Below are positions 13,390 through 26,235 of a DNA stretch of 64,000 nt, piece after piece. Location of the stretch: positions 37,258,337 through 37,322,336 of the forward strand of contig NC_057718.1 in the NCBI RefSeq assembly GCF_004010195.1, written 5' to 3'. The position numbers and the translations under genes are program-made. Under the pieces are notes generated by a model that worked only from the letters and a program-made list of their open reading frames with translations, searched no databases and was not told the origin of the DNA. Each line of letters begins with the position of its first letter. Within the stretch, counting starts at the first letter, position 1. This DNA comes from Chiloscyllium plagiosum. Lineage: Eukaryota.

Positions 13390-14195
13390 AGAAAATTCGG
13401 GAGTATGTTGGCACTAAGAGAGGTAGGAAAGTAGGTCATGAAGAGGACATTAGAAGACTACAAAGAGATAAGTCAGTGAGCAAAGCTCAGGCATATGGAA
13501 TATAATGTCAGAAAATGCGAAATTGTTCATTTTGGCTGTAAGAATGAGAAGGAAGCAATTAACAAAATGGTGAGAGATTGCAGTGCTCTGAGATGCAGAG
13601 GGGACCTCAATGTCCTAGTGCATGAATCATAACATATTAGGATGCAGGTACAAGAAATTATTAAAATTGTTAAAATGTTACCATTTATTGCAAGGAGAAT
13701 TGAATGTAAAATTAGAAAGGTTATGCTTCAGTCATATAGGTAATTGCTGAAAATATTTGAAGAACTGTTGCCTCCTTATTTAAGTAAGGATGTTAATGAT
13801 TGGAATCGTTGGGAGAAAGTTTTGGACAGGCAAGATTATATCCATTGGAATTCAGAGGTGTACAAAAACCTGATTAAAATATATAAGATCTTGAGAGATC
13901 TTGACAGGATGGATGTGGAAAGGATGTTTCCTTGTGTCGGAGAATCTAAAACCAGGTGTCACTATTTCAAAAGGGAGTCTCCCATTTACGACAGATTATT
14001 TTTTCTTCATGGGATGTCATGAGCTGGGAAGTCTCTTTCTTAAAAGGCAATGGAAGCAGAATCTTCAGATGGGGTGTGGGCGAAACAGTATCGAGGTGGG
14101 AATGTAGAATAATCAGATCAGCCATGACCTTATTAAATGGCAGAGTAGGCTCAAGAGGCTAAGTGCCTATTCCTGCTCCTAATTTGTACATTCTT
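13390..14195 (+). mobile_element. CR1 LINE 3' fragment in PKDCC intron 2
   Basis: KIYKILRDLDRMDVERMFPCVGESKTR; 3' UTR atcagccatgacc...gagtaggctcaagaggct...cctattcctgctcct. Confidence 0.85.
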
Positions 14196-14515
14196 ATGCG
14201 TGTACAGATATTCTGATGTTTCATGAGAAACATGGGAAAGGTACAGAAAAGCATTACTTTATTTTTAAATGTTGAAGCAATTGGAATGTTAAGTCCCAGA
14301 TCCTAAACAAAACACAAGAGAAATTATCTCATTATGCTCAACCAGATGAAAATAGTTAGGTTTGGCTAACAAATGCCTGACTAATTAGAAGATTTGAAAA
14401 GGCTACCTTGTTTACCAGGCAACCTTTAATCCCAAAGAAAGAAAATTGTTTTGGAAACGAAATTCTTTTGTGGCTGAGGCATTTTCTTTCCATGCTTCCC
14501 ATGCTTCCATGCTTT

Positions 14516-14535
14516 CCCCCCCCCCCCCCCCCCCC
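14516..14535. repeat. C20 homopolymer (G20 in the pre-mRNA) ~40 nt downstream of the exon 2 donor
   Basis: Read directly; adjacent to short catgcttcc repeats. Confidence 0.9.
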
Positions 14536-14573
14536 GCTTCCCACTCGAAGCTCCAGAGCCTCTCATTACTTAC

Positions 14574-14696
14574 TCGGAATCTCTCCTCCCATGAAACTTG
14601 TAGAAGCTGAATCATCTCCAGTGGAGACCCAAGCTCTGTGATAGTGGTCAATGTGTCTGTGATGTCATTGCTGTCCTGATAACAGTAACCATACAG
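14574..14696 (-). CDS. PKDCC: PKDCC coding exon 2 (123 bp; [41 protein letters not shown])
   Basis: Acceptor tgcag|CTG, donor CGA|gtaagt, phase 0/0. Continues the exon 1 frame. Confidence 0.96.
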
Positions 14697-17600
14697 CTGC
14701 AGACACAAGGGAGGAAAGAAAACATAAGAATAGCAGAATGTTTAATTAAAAAAATGACTTTATAGAAAAGCACAGTCTACATCTAATATTGCTGCAAAAT
14801 AACCAATGGGTTATCAAAGCATTATAAGCATGATATCTCGGATCTCTTATATTGTATTTAACCAATTTATTAGCACCAAAACAGACCATTTCATTCATGT
14901 ACCACTGTTTTGCTCCATGAGTCAGTTCTCACCTTAGTTCATCAAACTTTTATTGCTTTCTCCCTCAGCTCTTAAAAGAAATGCTATTTATTTCATCTAC
15001 TTTACTTTGTGGGAGTGAATTCCACAGTGTAACCACTAGTTAGATAGACAGACCTCTGCCTGTCAACATATTTCTATCATAAAATGCTGATAAATGTGAG
15101 CATTCTTCACTGCAGTAAAACTAAATCTCAATGAATCCAAACAGTTTCATTAAATCAAAGCAGTAGGACTGAATTTCTTGGAAATACAGCAGCTTCTGTA
15201 TAGTCCTATGATTAAGATTATTTTTGCCTATGGCATGCCCTGTCACTTTTGCAGCAAAACATTTAATGAAAGATAATCAGGTCAAAGGATTTTTCATTTC
15301 CAAAACATATGGGGTTGAACTCAACTGTTCCCACCAGGTAGAAAAGCGACAGTGTAAAAGAAAATCAGATAGTTATAAAATAGATGGCAACAGTTAAACC
15401 TGACCTCAAGTAATTGTGATTTTGGTCTTTACTGTTTCATGAATTTAGTTGCTCCATCAAAGAATTAGGAATATAAACAACCTCAAACAAATTATTTTGA
15501 GGGATGGTCAGTTTTAATTTTGTCAAAGTGAGGGATGGCAGTATTTTCCCTCACTGTTTACACCTATTACAAGACTTAAGAATTAAGTAAATTACTACAA
15601 AAGTTATACATTGATTCAAACTTCATTTTCTCAACTCTAACATGTGCGTTAGCCCCAATCTCAGAACTCCTCACTTCATCAGTGTGACATTTCAATTAGC
15701 AACACCAGTTTTCTTGCAGGATCTTGAGATACTAAATTGACAGCCTGATGGTTAGTGATAAATTATGGGTAATTTGTGCTTTGCACTCACAGTGAGTTCA
15801 CCACCCAACCCCCCATCATTACTATTTCCTAAAGTTTATCCTTGTACAAAGCAGAGTGCAATCTGGGATTATTATTATGGATTTGTACACAATTTGTCTC
15901 AGTGCTCTAAATGCTCACATTTATGGTAAATTCTACATAGCTCGTGGAAAGGAGTATTTTAATCAAATGTTTCATGTTTGTTTTAAAAACAGTGCATCAG
16001 CATCAACATACAAACTTGTCAGAACCAAATAAATGTGAACTGATTAAAAAGAAACAAAGTGAGAACACGAGGGATTCATACACTGCTTGCATTTCATACA
16101 TAAAGTAAGATTTCAATCTAATAACATTAACTCAAGTTATTAAATAAGAAATTCAATTTGAAGAAATTTACTTTATCCAACATTCCACAAATTGCCAATT
16201 TATCACTGTTGGTTTAGCTTACGCCCAATCATATATACACTTGTGATCTTCTGTACTATACTGTGCAGTTTAACCTTTACTATTGAAAGAGAAAGCAACC
16301 CTTTCAAAATAAATTATTTTCAGTCTGACGACTGAGAATGCAGATTGGAAATTGCTTGCTGCTTTTATCTAATCATTTTAAAACTGATTCTTTTTCTTTA
16401 ATCAGTTCAAGTTTGTTGCCATTTTCAAATATAACGAAGAAAATGATATTGTTCAGACAGTGTTTTTTAAAGATAAACTTGTACCTTTCTATGGTACTCT
16501 TGTTTATTTCTGAAAACAGTCCCTAGTTTTGAATATTTTACCTGTAAAATCAAAACTTTTGAATTTGCATTTTGCTAACTGGTAAATGTCCTTAATGGAA
16601 TGTCTTTTTTATAGCTCTAAGCCAAACTGTATACCAAAGGTTTTCATAATAAAAACCTAAATCTTGTAGGTTTTTATATAAGTGACGACCTCAGTCCAAT
16701 CTGTCACAGTCCCGGTCTCTTAAAAGTCCTTCATTCTTCTAAATAATAGTGACACAACTGCCCCTTCCCCAGAGGGGGAAAAAAGAGAAAGGTTAGCCTG
16801 ACACACAAAGCTTGACAAGCTCATTGGGATGAAACACAAAGAGAGGACCTTATTAAGCTGTCATCAGTAAGTTAACAGCAAGCAAGCAACAGCCCCTTGT
16901 GAATGAATATGCAAGAAAAATGGGCCCTGTTTTGTTGTGTGAAGTGAATAACAAACAGAATCACTGGGGAGAGAATTTCTGTGTGATTCGGAAGCTGTCT
17001 TGTGCCACTCTCCAACGAGGTTTTAACACAAAAGTGAGCTTTCTTTATAATTGCACTAGGTAGAGTCATGATGTTTTCCTGAATGTTAGTGAAAATGAAT
17101 ATTTTATCCTGAAACATATACACAGGATAAAAATGGGTGAGGTACCTTGGAAAATGCTTTAGCCTATAAATGACAAAATCAGTAATAACAATTTTGAGCT
17201 GTTACTGTTCATTTTATTTATCTCATGATATATATAAAGCTCAATAGGTGGTACAGAGGAGAGCAACAAGAATGTACTAAAATATTTTAGACTGAGAATC
17301 TAGCTCTTCAAAGATTTGACAGAGTAAGATATAAGTAGATCAAGGTAAGATGGTCAAAATAGATTGCAATGGAACTAAGGAGCATGCCTAGAAAATACTT
17401 AGATATTAGATTAGATTGCTGAGAACAGGTTGATCTTCTCTGGCTGGCTCCTCATGGAAGTGGTAAGAATGGAAATGCTGTGCTCCTTGAAAATTTCTTG
17501 CTGATGGAGAACGTTGGAGCACAGCATTTCTAATTTGGATAAGAATAGCCCACAGATTTTCTGAGATTGGTCACAAGATGTGTGTTTCTTTTCCTCCCTT

Positions 17601-18319
17601 ACCCATGTCAATAATACTTACAGAAGGTATTGTGTGAGGACGCACCAATGAAGGGAGAAACGAGAATTTATTGTCCAGGTAACCTTTTGTTTACCCTTCA
17701 GAAGTGATCAATCCAGCGCAATTTAAACCAGAAATGATGTAAGTTCACTCCATGACTTAGCTGTTCTCAGCCAGTGAGATGCTACCAATGGCCCCTACAT
17801 CTCTCAGTTGGACAGGAAGAAAGTCAACCAAGAATTCTGTTCAGAGTGCTTTGCAAGAACATGTGTCAAGGGATCAAGCCCAGGGTATTGGACAACAAGA
17901 TATAGAGATTGAAAAACACGCTGTTATTGTAGAGGTAGTACATAGCATCACATGAGAACTGAGATTACAATTGCCTTCCATTGACATTGTTGGTGCACTG
18001 CAAATGGGTGACATCTTTGAAGATCTATAAAGTCCAGCATACATCTGAATTGTGATCATTCCTAATTAGCCTGAGCCTTCTCAGATACTGCACTTTGGCA
18101 TGACTCATGCAGTATGTCAACCACCTGGAAAATTACCGGGAGTGAATCACATTCCCTGGCCTCAATATATCATTTTCAGGATGAGGACACTACAAGGAAA
18201 GCTGACTCTCCTTGTCCATTTGTGTTTGAAGGTCAAATATTGAAGGTGAACCTCTTGAACTGCGGCAATATATTCTATGCAATAGTTAAATACTACCGTC
18301 TGGTTTCATAAGTCATTTC

Positions 18320-18595
18320 AAAGGGAAATTAGTTTGTGTGGGACTGGGCGCATGTACAGGCCAGAGCAGGTAAAGGTAACAAGTTTCCTTCCATAAAAAG
18401 TATTGTTGGCCCAGTTGTGTTCTTAACGATAAACGATTTCATGTTCACGTTTACTGAGAACAGATAGTTTAACCCAAATCCAGATATTTTTAATTGAATT
18501 CAAATTCTTAATTGCTGTGATGGAATCTGAAATCCTCTGTGCTTCTGTTCAATTGTACTGCTGCAGTGAAATATACCCCCATTGACTGCTACATA
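18320..18595 (-). mobile_element. Old tRNA-derived SINE (same family as 21940-22270)
   Basis: ggtaaaggtaacaagtttccttcc and attgaattcaaattc blocks are shared with 21940-22270. Confidence 0.5.
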
Positions 18596-21500
18596 ATCTG
18601 GGGCAAAGCCTCTCCTATACAATTGCCTTACATGACTGGTAAGCTTTGTAACTCTAAGTCTGACTTTGAATAAAACGCTCACTTCTGAATTAATTCTATT
18701 TGCGCAGAGTAAGCTCCACGTTGATGTTCACCATTCTCCAGATCCTTCAGAAACAAAAGTATAACTTAATTGTCACTTTCTTTTACACTCACGTTAGCAT
18801 CTAAAATGCAAAGTAATATTTCAATGCTTTTCACTCACATCATCTAGCATTTTGTGCATTTTCCTGAAAAATTATTAAAGGCAGCAATGGAAGCACGGCG
18901 ACCTTTTCCCGTTGTTTGTAACGTTAATTGAATTGGAACAGATTCCAGGGGAAATAAATTGCAGCATGAATCAGGAGAGCTGGTTGCATGTTCATCGACT
19001 CTGCTAAATAATCCTGCTGGGCCCTATGCTTTCCCTCTTTGCATATTATGCTGCTGGAGCAAACACACTCCCGTAACAACATAAATGCTGAGAGCAGGTT
19101 CGTTCCGGGGGTCCAGGATTCTTAACAGTACCCGTTTGAATGTTGGCTAGTGAAGATAGGATTAGACTGCCTGCTGGACGGGCTCTCGCACTGTATAATT
19201 TAATTGGGCCCAGTAATCTGAGGGGCTTGAATCGCTTGCATTGCTGACCATGCACGACCACTTTGCATGGGTGCATGCTGCAAATTCAAAGAAGTTTAAG
19301 AAATATCGGTTGTACCCCTTCAGGAGCGTGTTTAGTTTCCAGCTCTCATTTGCATTTCCCCTTTATCCCAATCTCCTGCTCCTTCCCCTGTCACTGATGT
19401 AAAACAAAACATAATCTAACAAAAACTCTCTGAGCCAGCCAGCATCTTTACAATCTGTGACCCCGTGAGTTTATCCTCTTATGGGGCCAACCCCAGAGAT
19501 TGAAACCACGTGCGATTAATGGGAAACCGTTATCGATCGATTGACTGGATTCAGTTTATCTCAGGTCACAAGTGTATCCCTCTGAGTTGTACTGTATCGC
19601 CCCAGTCTGTATTCAACACACACACACACAGTTCCATGTACAGGGACCCCTGCCTTTCCTATCAGAATGAACGACCCTGGAATGAAACAGAACCCGAATG
19701 AAGCTCACATAAACTTGTAATATATGTCACAGGCAGCAAGTGTAGTTCGTCTGCTTCTTTGGTTTATCACGAGTTAGTAATTAACCATTGGAGCAGCAGG
19801 GACTCTGTATACAACGCTTTCATTCAGGCGATCTGTTCTTTCCCGTCACATGGCCTGGATCGGAGGGTTACTGTATGGTGTTTCATTTCAGAGTCGGAGT
19901 CAGTCATTCTGTGGGAGTTGTGTACCGTCCATCAGCACTGCGGAAAATATCAGAACTTTTCCATCTTTTGGAAAGGGTTAACGGTGACCGTGGAGGGATT
20001 GTGACCAAAGTCCTGCCGCCGAGGGATAGAAAAATGGCAACGCCTTTAGGGCCGAATGGCCTCAACATGAAGCATCTTGCTCATTCCCACAAAAGGTGAA
20101 AGAGGGCCCAGGGCTGAGTCCCACAAACCAGCCACGATCCCTCCTCCCAAAACTGGGCAGTGACAGCGACCGCACTCAGTCGTTGGTGAACCGGAAAAGG
20201 GGGGAATGGTCAATAGTAGGACCAACGCGGAAACTGTGAGGTTAAACAGCACCTGTCATCGCAAAGAGCGAGTCCCATTCTCTTTTCCTTAGCATTTCTG
20301 CTTCTGACATTTTTTCATGTTATAAAGTTACAAGACATTCCCAAAATGAGCCCCTTAAATAAGAGATTTCTGCCTTAATCAGAATAATATTGATTCCAAA
20401 TACTGAGGGAAAGTGCATGGTGTCAGGATGCGCCTTTACTGTAGTACGTGTCCTCTCCCACCCCCCACCAACCGAGCCTGATGACAGTTTCTGCCAACTT
20501 TGTACTGGCCATGCTGATGCAGTATCTGACCCAGCTTGCTTCAACTGTACCGCAGCAAGTAGCAAAACAACATGGGATGGGATCTGAATGCATCATTAAC
20601 ACTTTTCAGCATTAACACTCTTCACTGAGGTGCCACTTTCCACTCTGTCACGCCAGTGAACTTAGGGAACTGAGCATCAACCAGGAGGTGGCCTGTCGGT
20701 TCCGCTCATCCATCCATTCCAGGCTGCCAGCTCTGAGAGGCAAATTCTAGTCAATAAACAGAGGAATGACCACGCGTCGGGTGTCAGGAGCGGATTAACA
20801 ACTGCTTTAATTAGACAGGGGGCGGTTTAGACACAAAAAAGCCTCGGTTTCTTGAAAACTAGCAAGTGCGGGCGCATATATCCAGAACTAATAGTAACGG
20901 AGTGAAATGCTTTTTACATTTCTGCATTCTTGAAATATTACTCAAGAGTGCCCTTAACAGCAAGATGCAAAAATAAGTTATTGCACTGAACATTCCTTCA
21001 GGTGCTTCACAGTAGGTCACTGACGGGGAAATTATCCATTCTTCGGCCTGTGGGAGTCCAGACGCTGAGAATTTTGGAGTTCCAGGACTTCCTTTTTTCA
21101 AAAATGCAACGAAGGAGTTAATTTACAAGGTTTTAAAAAAAAAGCCAAGACAAGGTGCAATAGTTGAAATGACAGGAGGTTAATGAGTGCGAGAGATAAA
21201 AGCTCCGAGGCCAGGGAACATTCCCTTTTAGCGTGCTCCAGCCAGTGTAATTTGTACTGGCGAAAGGTCTGCCCGTAAATCAGTGATCCGCATCAAGCGC
21301 GCTCTGTCCAATTTCAGCTCGAGCCTTTTGTTTTAATTAACCGACCTCGCGGAAACTGACATTTCCCTCCCATCAGTGACTGCGGTTTCGGGACAGCTCC
21401 CCTCCCCAGGTGGCCACCTGTTCAGGGGAAGGGAGAATGAACCGCTTCACTAAACGGCGTCAGTTCGTGTATATTTCCAGAGAGCAACTTTCCCCGAAAA

Positions 21501-21939
21501 CCTCCTTAGTTTACCGAACGGATGGGACTTCAAATCAATCATTTTGGAAACGGCCGTCACCCTCCCTTCCCAAAGAATAGCTCGCAACATTTACTTGCAA
21601 TAACAGTCGTTTAACATCGTCACAATCCACTTCGGTAAAATTTCTGGCGTTGAGTGTTCTAAAATATCCCTCCAGTGTCTGCTGAGAGACCACTGGGCAT
21701 ACCAGCATACAACTGGGCAGTGAACTAGAGGCAGGCCAATCTTCAATTCCCATCTAATATACTTCAACAAAGATTACTTTTTTTTAAAAAAGTCTAAGCA
21801 AAGTACAAAGTGGAATTATTTCACTGTATCGTGTCTGCGGTTTCTGATCTGCGGGTTTAGTTTTGCGTCGGTGCTTCTTGCCAGGGGAGATATAACAACG
21901 TTGAAATTGGTCGTGTTTAAAATAAATTGCAATTTGGTT

Positions 21940-22270
21940 TTTATTCATTCACGGGTGTCACTGGCTGGACCAGCATTGATTGCTCATCCCTCATTGCCCC
22001 CAGAGGGAAGGCAAGAGTCAACCACATTGCTGTAGGTCCAGAGTCACATGGAGACCAAATGAAATCAGGATAGCAGATTTCCTTCCCTCAAGGACATCGT
22101 GAACCAGATGGATTTTTTATGACAACGCAATCGCTATGAGAGAAGCTTATTTTATTCCATTATTGTAATGAGTTCAAATTTCATCAACTTTACTGGTGGG
22201 ATTCGAGCTCATGTTCCCAAAGCATTAACCTGAGGGTCTGAATTATTAGTCCAGTGACTTTATCACTACA
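21940..22270 (-). mobile_element. tRNA-derived SINE with LINE-type 3' tail
   Basis: Reverse head (tggactaataattcagaccc...gagctcgaatccc), body agagtcaaccacattgct and cagatttccttccct, reverse tail ttattcattcac...cagcattgattgctcatccct. Confidence 0.7.
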
Positions 22271-22380
22271 ATCCAGCCCCACAATTCAGATAGAATATGA
22301 GAGACTGCCTTACTGGTGAACAGACAGCACAATAAGCCTGAGAGTAGTGAATAGGCCGCAGCAGCATTAAGTGATAATGT

Positions 22381-22475
22381 GTTCTGAAGAAGGGTCACTG
22401 GACCAGAGACGTTAACTCTGCTTTCTCTCCACAGATGCTGCCAGACCTGCTGCGTTTCTCCAGCAACGTTTGTTC
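22381..22475 (+). mobile_element. Family-B Penelope terminal repeat with hammerhead (GAAA mutated to GAGA)
   Basis: GTT-CTGAAGA-AGGGTC actg GACCA-GAGAC-GTT-AAC, followed by acagatgctgccagacctgctg. Confidence 0.8.
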
Positions 22476-22547
22476 AATTCAGTCATTGCTTAATTAACTG
22501 GGCTCGACTTCTTTTAAAGCAACTATGAACTTTACTCAGTGCACAAG

Positions 22548-22646
22548 CAAACAAAATAGAAATTGCTGGATAATTTCAGCAGGTGCATTCAGTATCTGTG
22601 GTGAGACAGCAGAGTTAACGTTTCGGGTCTAGAGGTCGTTCAGAAT
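22548..22646 (-). mobile_element. Family-B Penelope terminal repeat, inverted relative to 22381-22475
   Basis: Minus strand ...gacccGAAACGTTAACTCTG...acagatactgaatgcacctgctg. Confidence 0.75.
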
Positions 22647-24919
22647 ATCACTGAATGTTGTTGTGGGGGTGCGCCTGTTCACTACTCTCAGACTTATTTG
22701 TACATCAGCCATGCAATCTATCTTCTTCTACCTAGCCTTTGGAGACTCTGATAATCAGGCGTGATTTTCTCCCAAAATACAATACAAAGATTGGCTCATT
22801 GAGGGTCTTTTCTTCCCTGGAAGTCCACTTTCAATTCACACTGACCGACTACCCTCACGGCCCGGCGGCTGCTGGCTAATCTTTACAGGGTCACATTTGA
22901 TGTGTTTAATCTGGGAGCGGCGGGCAGAGCTGGAGAGTCGGGCGAGTGCAACAGTTACTGGCGAGTTGAAATTCGGCCTGTCATTTTAAGTACACTGATG
23001 TGAGGAGCGGGGCTGGAAATTAGATTTGTCATAGCCCCAGAGGACAACATTTTGCTTGGACATTTTAGATAACAACATCTAACCACACACACAATATTAT
23101 TACTGTGAGCAATTGCAATGGTAAAAGCAGCTTCGCCCAGAAAAGTACGGCTTTCTTCTCGAGATTAAACCTTCTTGCCGGTGAGGGGACACATTTCTAT
23201 TTGAAGTCGGCTTCAACCCTGGGCGGTTTGGACAAGGCTTAAGGGAGGGACCTCCTCTAAACAAAACAGAATTTCCCTATTCTGTTGCACATTACACGTT
23301 AAATTGGGCACCTCACAAAATCCCTCACCCTAATAAAGATCCGAAAAACGGTTACTATAGGAACTGGACCAACAGCATCTAACACCTCTTACAAGTGGGA
23401 ACATAAATTCATTTGTCTCAAGCCCCACACCCCACAATAAATTCTTGACTGTGTGTGTACGAAAATAATGTTCCTGTTGTGTCATCTGATTGAGAGTATA
23501 GTCCTCCGACTATGCACAAACATCTTCAGAAAGCCATCGCATTCCAGTTGTGTTAGAGGGTAAATGGTATGGAACAATCTCGTCCTGCCTATTGAAAGCA
23601 GTCGGGCAACGAAGGATTGAATTGAAGGGCTGAATAGACGCGAGTCTGTTTTACAAATCTGTGAAAGTGAATTAAGCCTCGAGAGAGAGACAGACAGGCA
23701 GCCCCTCTGCGCTGGACTCCAAACAGGTAATCTAACAAATTCCCTGAAAATTGCACGGATAATGCACCAGATCTATTTGCATAATATCTGCGTGCTTCTA
23801 AAACCGGTCATTGGGCACGTGGTGAGGAGTGAAGCGCTTGGCTTTATACTCTGAGCAATGTTTGAAAATACAGCGTGATTTTGATTTTAAAGTGCTGCCG
23901 AGCCTGCCTTTTAGCATCAATTGCATTGCAGCCCGTTGGGGCGAACGCCGCAGCAAATGATTCACTGATTTCCACTGGAAGCTGAAATAACCTGCGCAAG
24001 CCCGGTTCGGACCCCGGCGATTAAAACCAAATCGACTCCAAAATTCAGGCAGCGACAGTCGGAGCCACACTGCGGCCGCTTTTAACTCGGCCGGTTCAAA
24101 GGGAGGACTCTGCGCACACAGCGCTGGCAATGTAGCCCACATTCTCAGCCAAAGACTGCGTAAACGGGGAGTGAATCTCTGGTGTTCGCCAGGAATCTTT
24201 GAAGGAAAACCAGGCAGCAGACTGCAACTGTAAGGAGGGCGTTCAGCCCATCTCCTCGGGTAGCTCCTCCGTAAAAGACTATCTTCCGTCTCCCCTCCAA
24301 CCCCATCTCTTCACTCTCAACAATTACAAAACTCGAGAAGGAATTATTTCCTAAAGGTCACGTTATAACACTATGACACAATCTGCTCAGAGTAAGGCAG
24401 CAAGTGGAGAACGAAAAGTTTTAGCTTAACTTAAGTTCAAAATCTTATATTCATTCGGGAAAAAAAATAAAATTTCAGCGCAGACTTGCTTTTGCAGGAC
24501 TTTTAAAAGTGAATTCCTGCTGAGAAGCATGTTAACATCGCCACTTAATTCGACAATCACATTATGATCTGAAACGATGCCGAATGACCGGTCTTAGTAT
24601 TGGACCGGCTCAAATACCGTGAAAAATCCAACCCACTGGCACACTCACGTGAGATAAATATCTTTAATGAACTGAGATGTTAGTGCTTTCGCATTCACCG
24701 TGAATGACTGAAAACAATGCCGGGATAGCAATGTTGTCATGAAGTGCTCTGTATATTTTCCACGCGTACATTGAACCAACAAAGATCAGACAGTTGGATG
24801 GCTTTTCAAAAACGACTCTCTGAGCAAAGAAATCATTCCTCAAATAAACCGAATCTTTTCTGTTGTCCCAGCAATAAATTGCTCCAATAAGTTACTGATG
24901 GACAGTGCCTGTCACTTAC

Positions 24920-25633
24920 CTTCAGAATGTTTGAGTGCTGCAGCCGTTGTAAAAGTGTCATCTCTTTGACAAGTTTGTACGAAGCTAGTCTGTAGCAATC
25001 TTCCAGTGCCCCGTACTGCTTGACACAGTTCTCCATGTCGTGTCCTCCAAAGTCCACTGACTTTAAGGCCACTGCCAGCGTTTCATTCAGGACCGCTTTG
25101 TATACTGCTTTAGTGTAGCCTGAGCCTAAATAATGGACACTGCTCGCGTTATTAATATCCGGACAGCCCAGGGGAAGCGAATGGAACCGAATTGGGCTGC
25201 TGGAGGCGAAGGTACTTTCTCCAGGCGCAGTCAGCGGCCGGTTCTTCTGGAAACCGGGGTGTCTCTGTGGTTGCGGCTGATGCTGGGGCTGCAGTTGGTC
25301 GGGGGAGCTGTTCTGTGCGAGGTCCATCAGGCGCCTCTCTAGTGGTCTGGCGAGCCTCCCTGCAGCCGCCCTGGAGCCAGGCTGCTGCCGATAGCGGACA
25401 ACCTCCTGGTACCTTTCTCTCAGTTGCTTCAACAGGTCTTGGTCGGTCACCCGGTTGAAGTATGTGGACGGGGCAATGCTGAGGTGGTCTTGCTCTGGTC
25501 CCTCGAAACGGTGCTGCTGCTGCTGCTGCTGTTGGTGATGGTCAAATCCAGGGATAAATAACAAATTCAGTAAAGTGCCCAGGAAGAATGAACAGCAAAA
25601 CCCAGCGGCGATGGCAATCTTTCTGCGTTTCAT
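24920..25633 (-). CDS. PKDCC: PKDCC/VLK coding exon 1 (238 codons: signal/anchor MKRRKIAIAAGFCCSFFLGTLLNLLF, Q/P-rich linker, kinase N-lobe)
   Basis: ATG = CAT at 25631-25633. Motifs YLGSGYTKAVY, VALKSVD and CYRLASYKLVKEMTLLQRLQHSNILK. Donor AAG|GTAAGT (plus acttac 24914-24919), phase 0. Confidence 0.95.
25514..25534 (-). repeat. Coding CAA(CAG)6 polyglutamine tract (Q7) in PKDCC exon 1
   Basis: Plus strand (ctg)6 ttg; protein DHHQQQQQQQHR. Confidence 0.9.
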
Positions 25634-26049
25634 CTCGTTGATGAATCTGCGAAAGGACTTTGCGTGAAGCACTATGCAAAGCGGCTGTTTGAAACTGGAG
25701 TTTTCACATTGTACAGTAAAATTTCTACCCTGCAGGGAAGATAACACTTGAGGGATTTTTTTTTCTTTCCTATGATGTATTCTTCACATTGGTTGCTTCC
25801 CCTCGGCTCCCCCCTCCCACCCCCCCAAATCTTGATAAGCAAAGCTGCGTGACGCATGCTGATTGACAGGGTTGCAGGAGCCAGGCGGGATGCCCGCGCG
25901 CGGCACCATGGGGGTTGGAGTCCTTCCACTTCATCCGCTGAGGACCCGGGCCGCACGGGACTACAGGTCCCAGAGTACACCGTGACCCACCCCCGCACGG
26001 GGGCTCAGCACAAGGAAACCGAGCGATAGGTATGCCGCCCACAACACTG

Positions 26050-26235
26050 ATCTCAACCAATCAAAGCGTACATGCCGCCCATGTCCGGCGTTTATTGGCT
26101 GCTTCATGTGCCAACCATTCGGCTATTTATAATGCCGTGTTTGGCCCCGCCCCGCCAGGTTGCGCACGTGACAAATACGAGCGCAGATCCCGCCCACGCT
26201 GCTGGGAATATGAATGAGTGGCGTGATTGGCAATG
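26050..26235 (-). promoter_or_regulatory. Predicted PKDCC core/proximal promoter
   Basis: Minus-strand TATAAATA (26124-26131), GC boxes (26145-26156 and ~26189-26195), E-box GTCACGTG (26165-26172), CCAAT motifs (26226-26230, 26094-26098, 26057-26061). CpG-rich, ~500 bp upstream of the ATG. Confidence 0.7.

Noticed and set aside
17690..17900. LF-SINE-like remnant (also 51470-51650)
   Set aside because: Similarity too weak to support by eye.
24833..24919. ORF read-through past exon 1
   Set aside because: Intronic; lies beyond a strong GTAAGT donor.
25634..25747. 38-codon in-frame N-terminal extension of PKDCC in the ORF track
   Set aside because: It starts at GTG, not ATG. The ATG at 25633 directly precedes the basic and hydrophobic leader.
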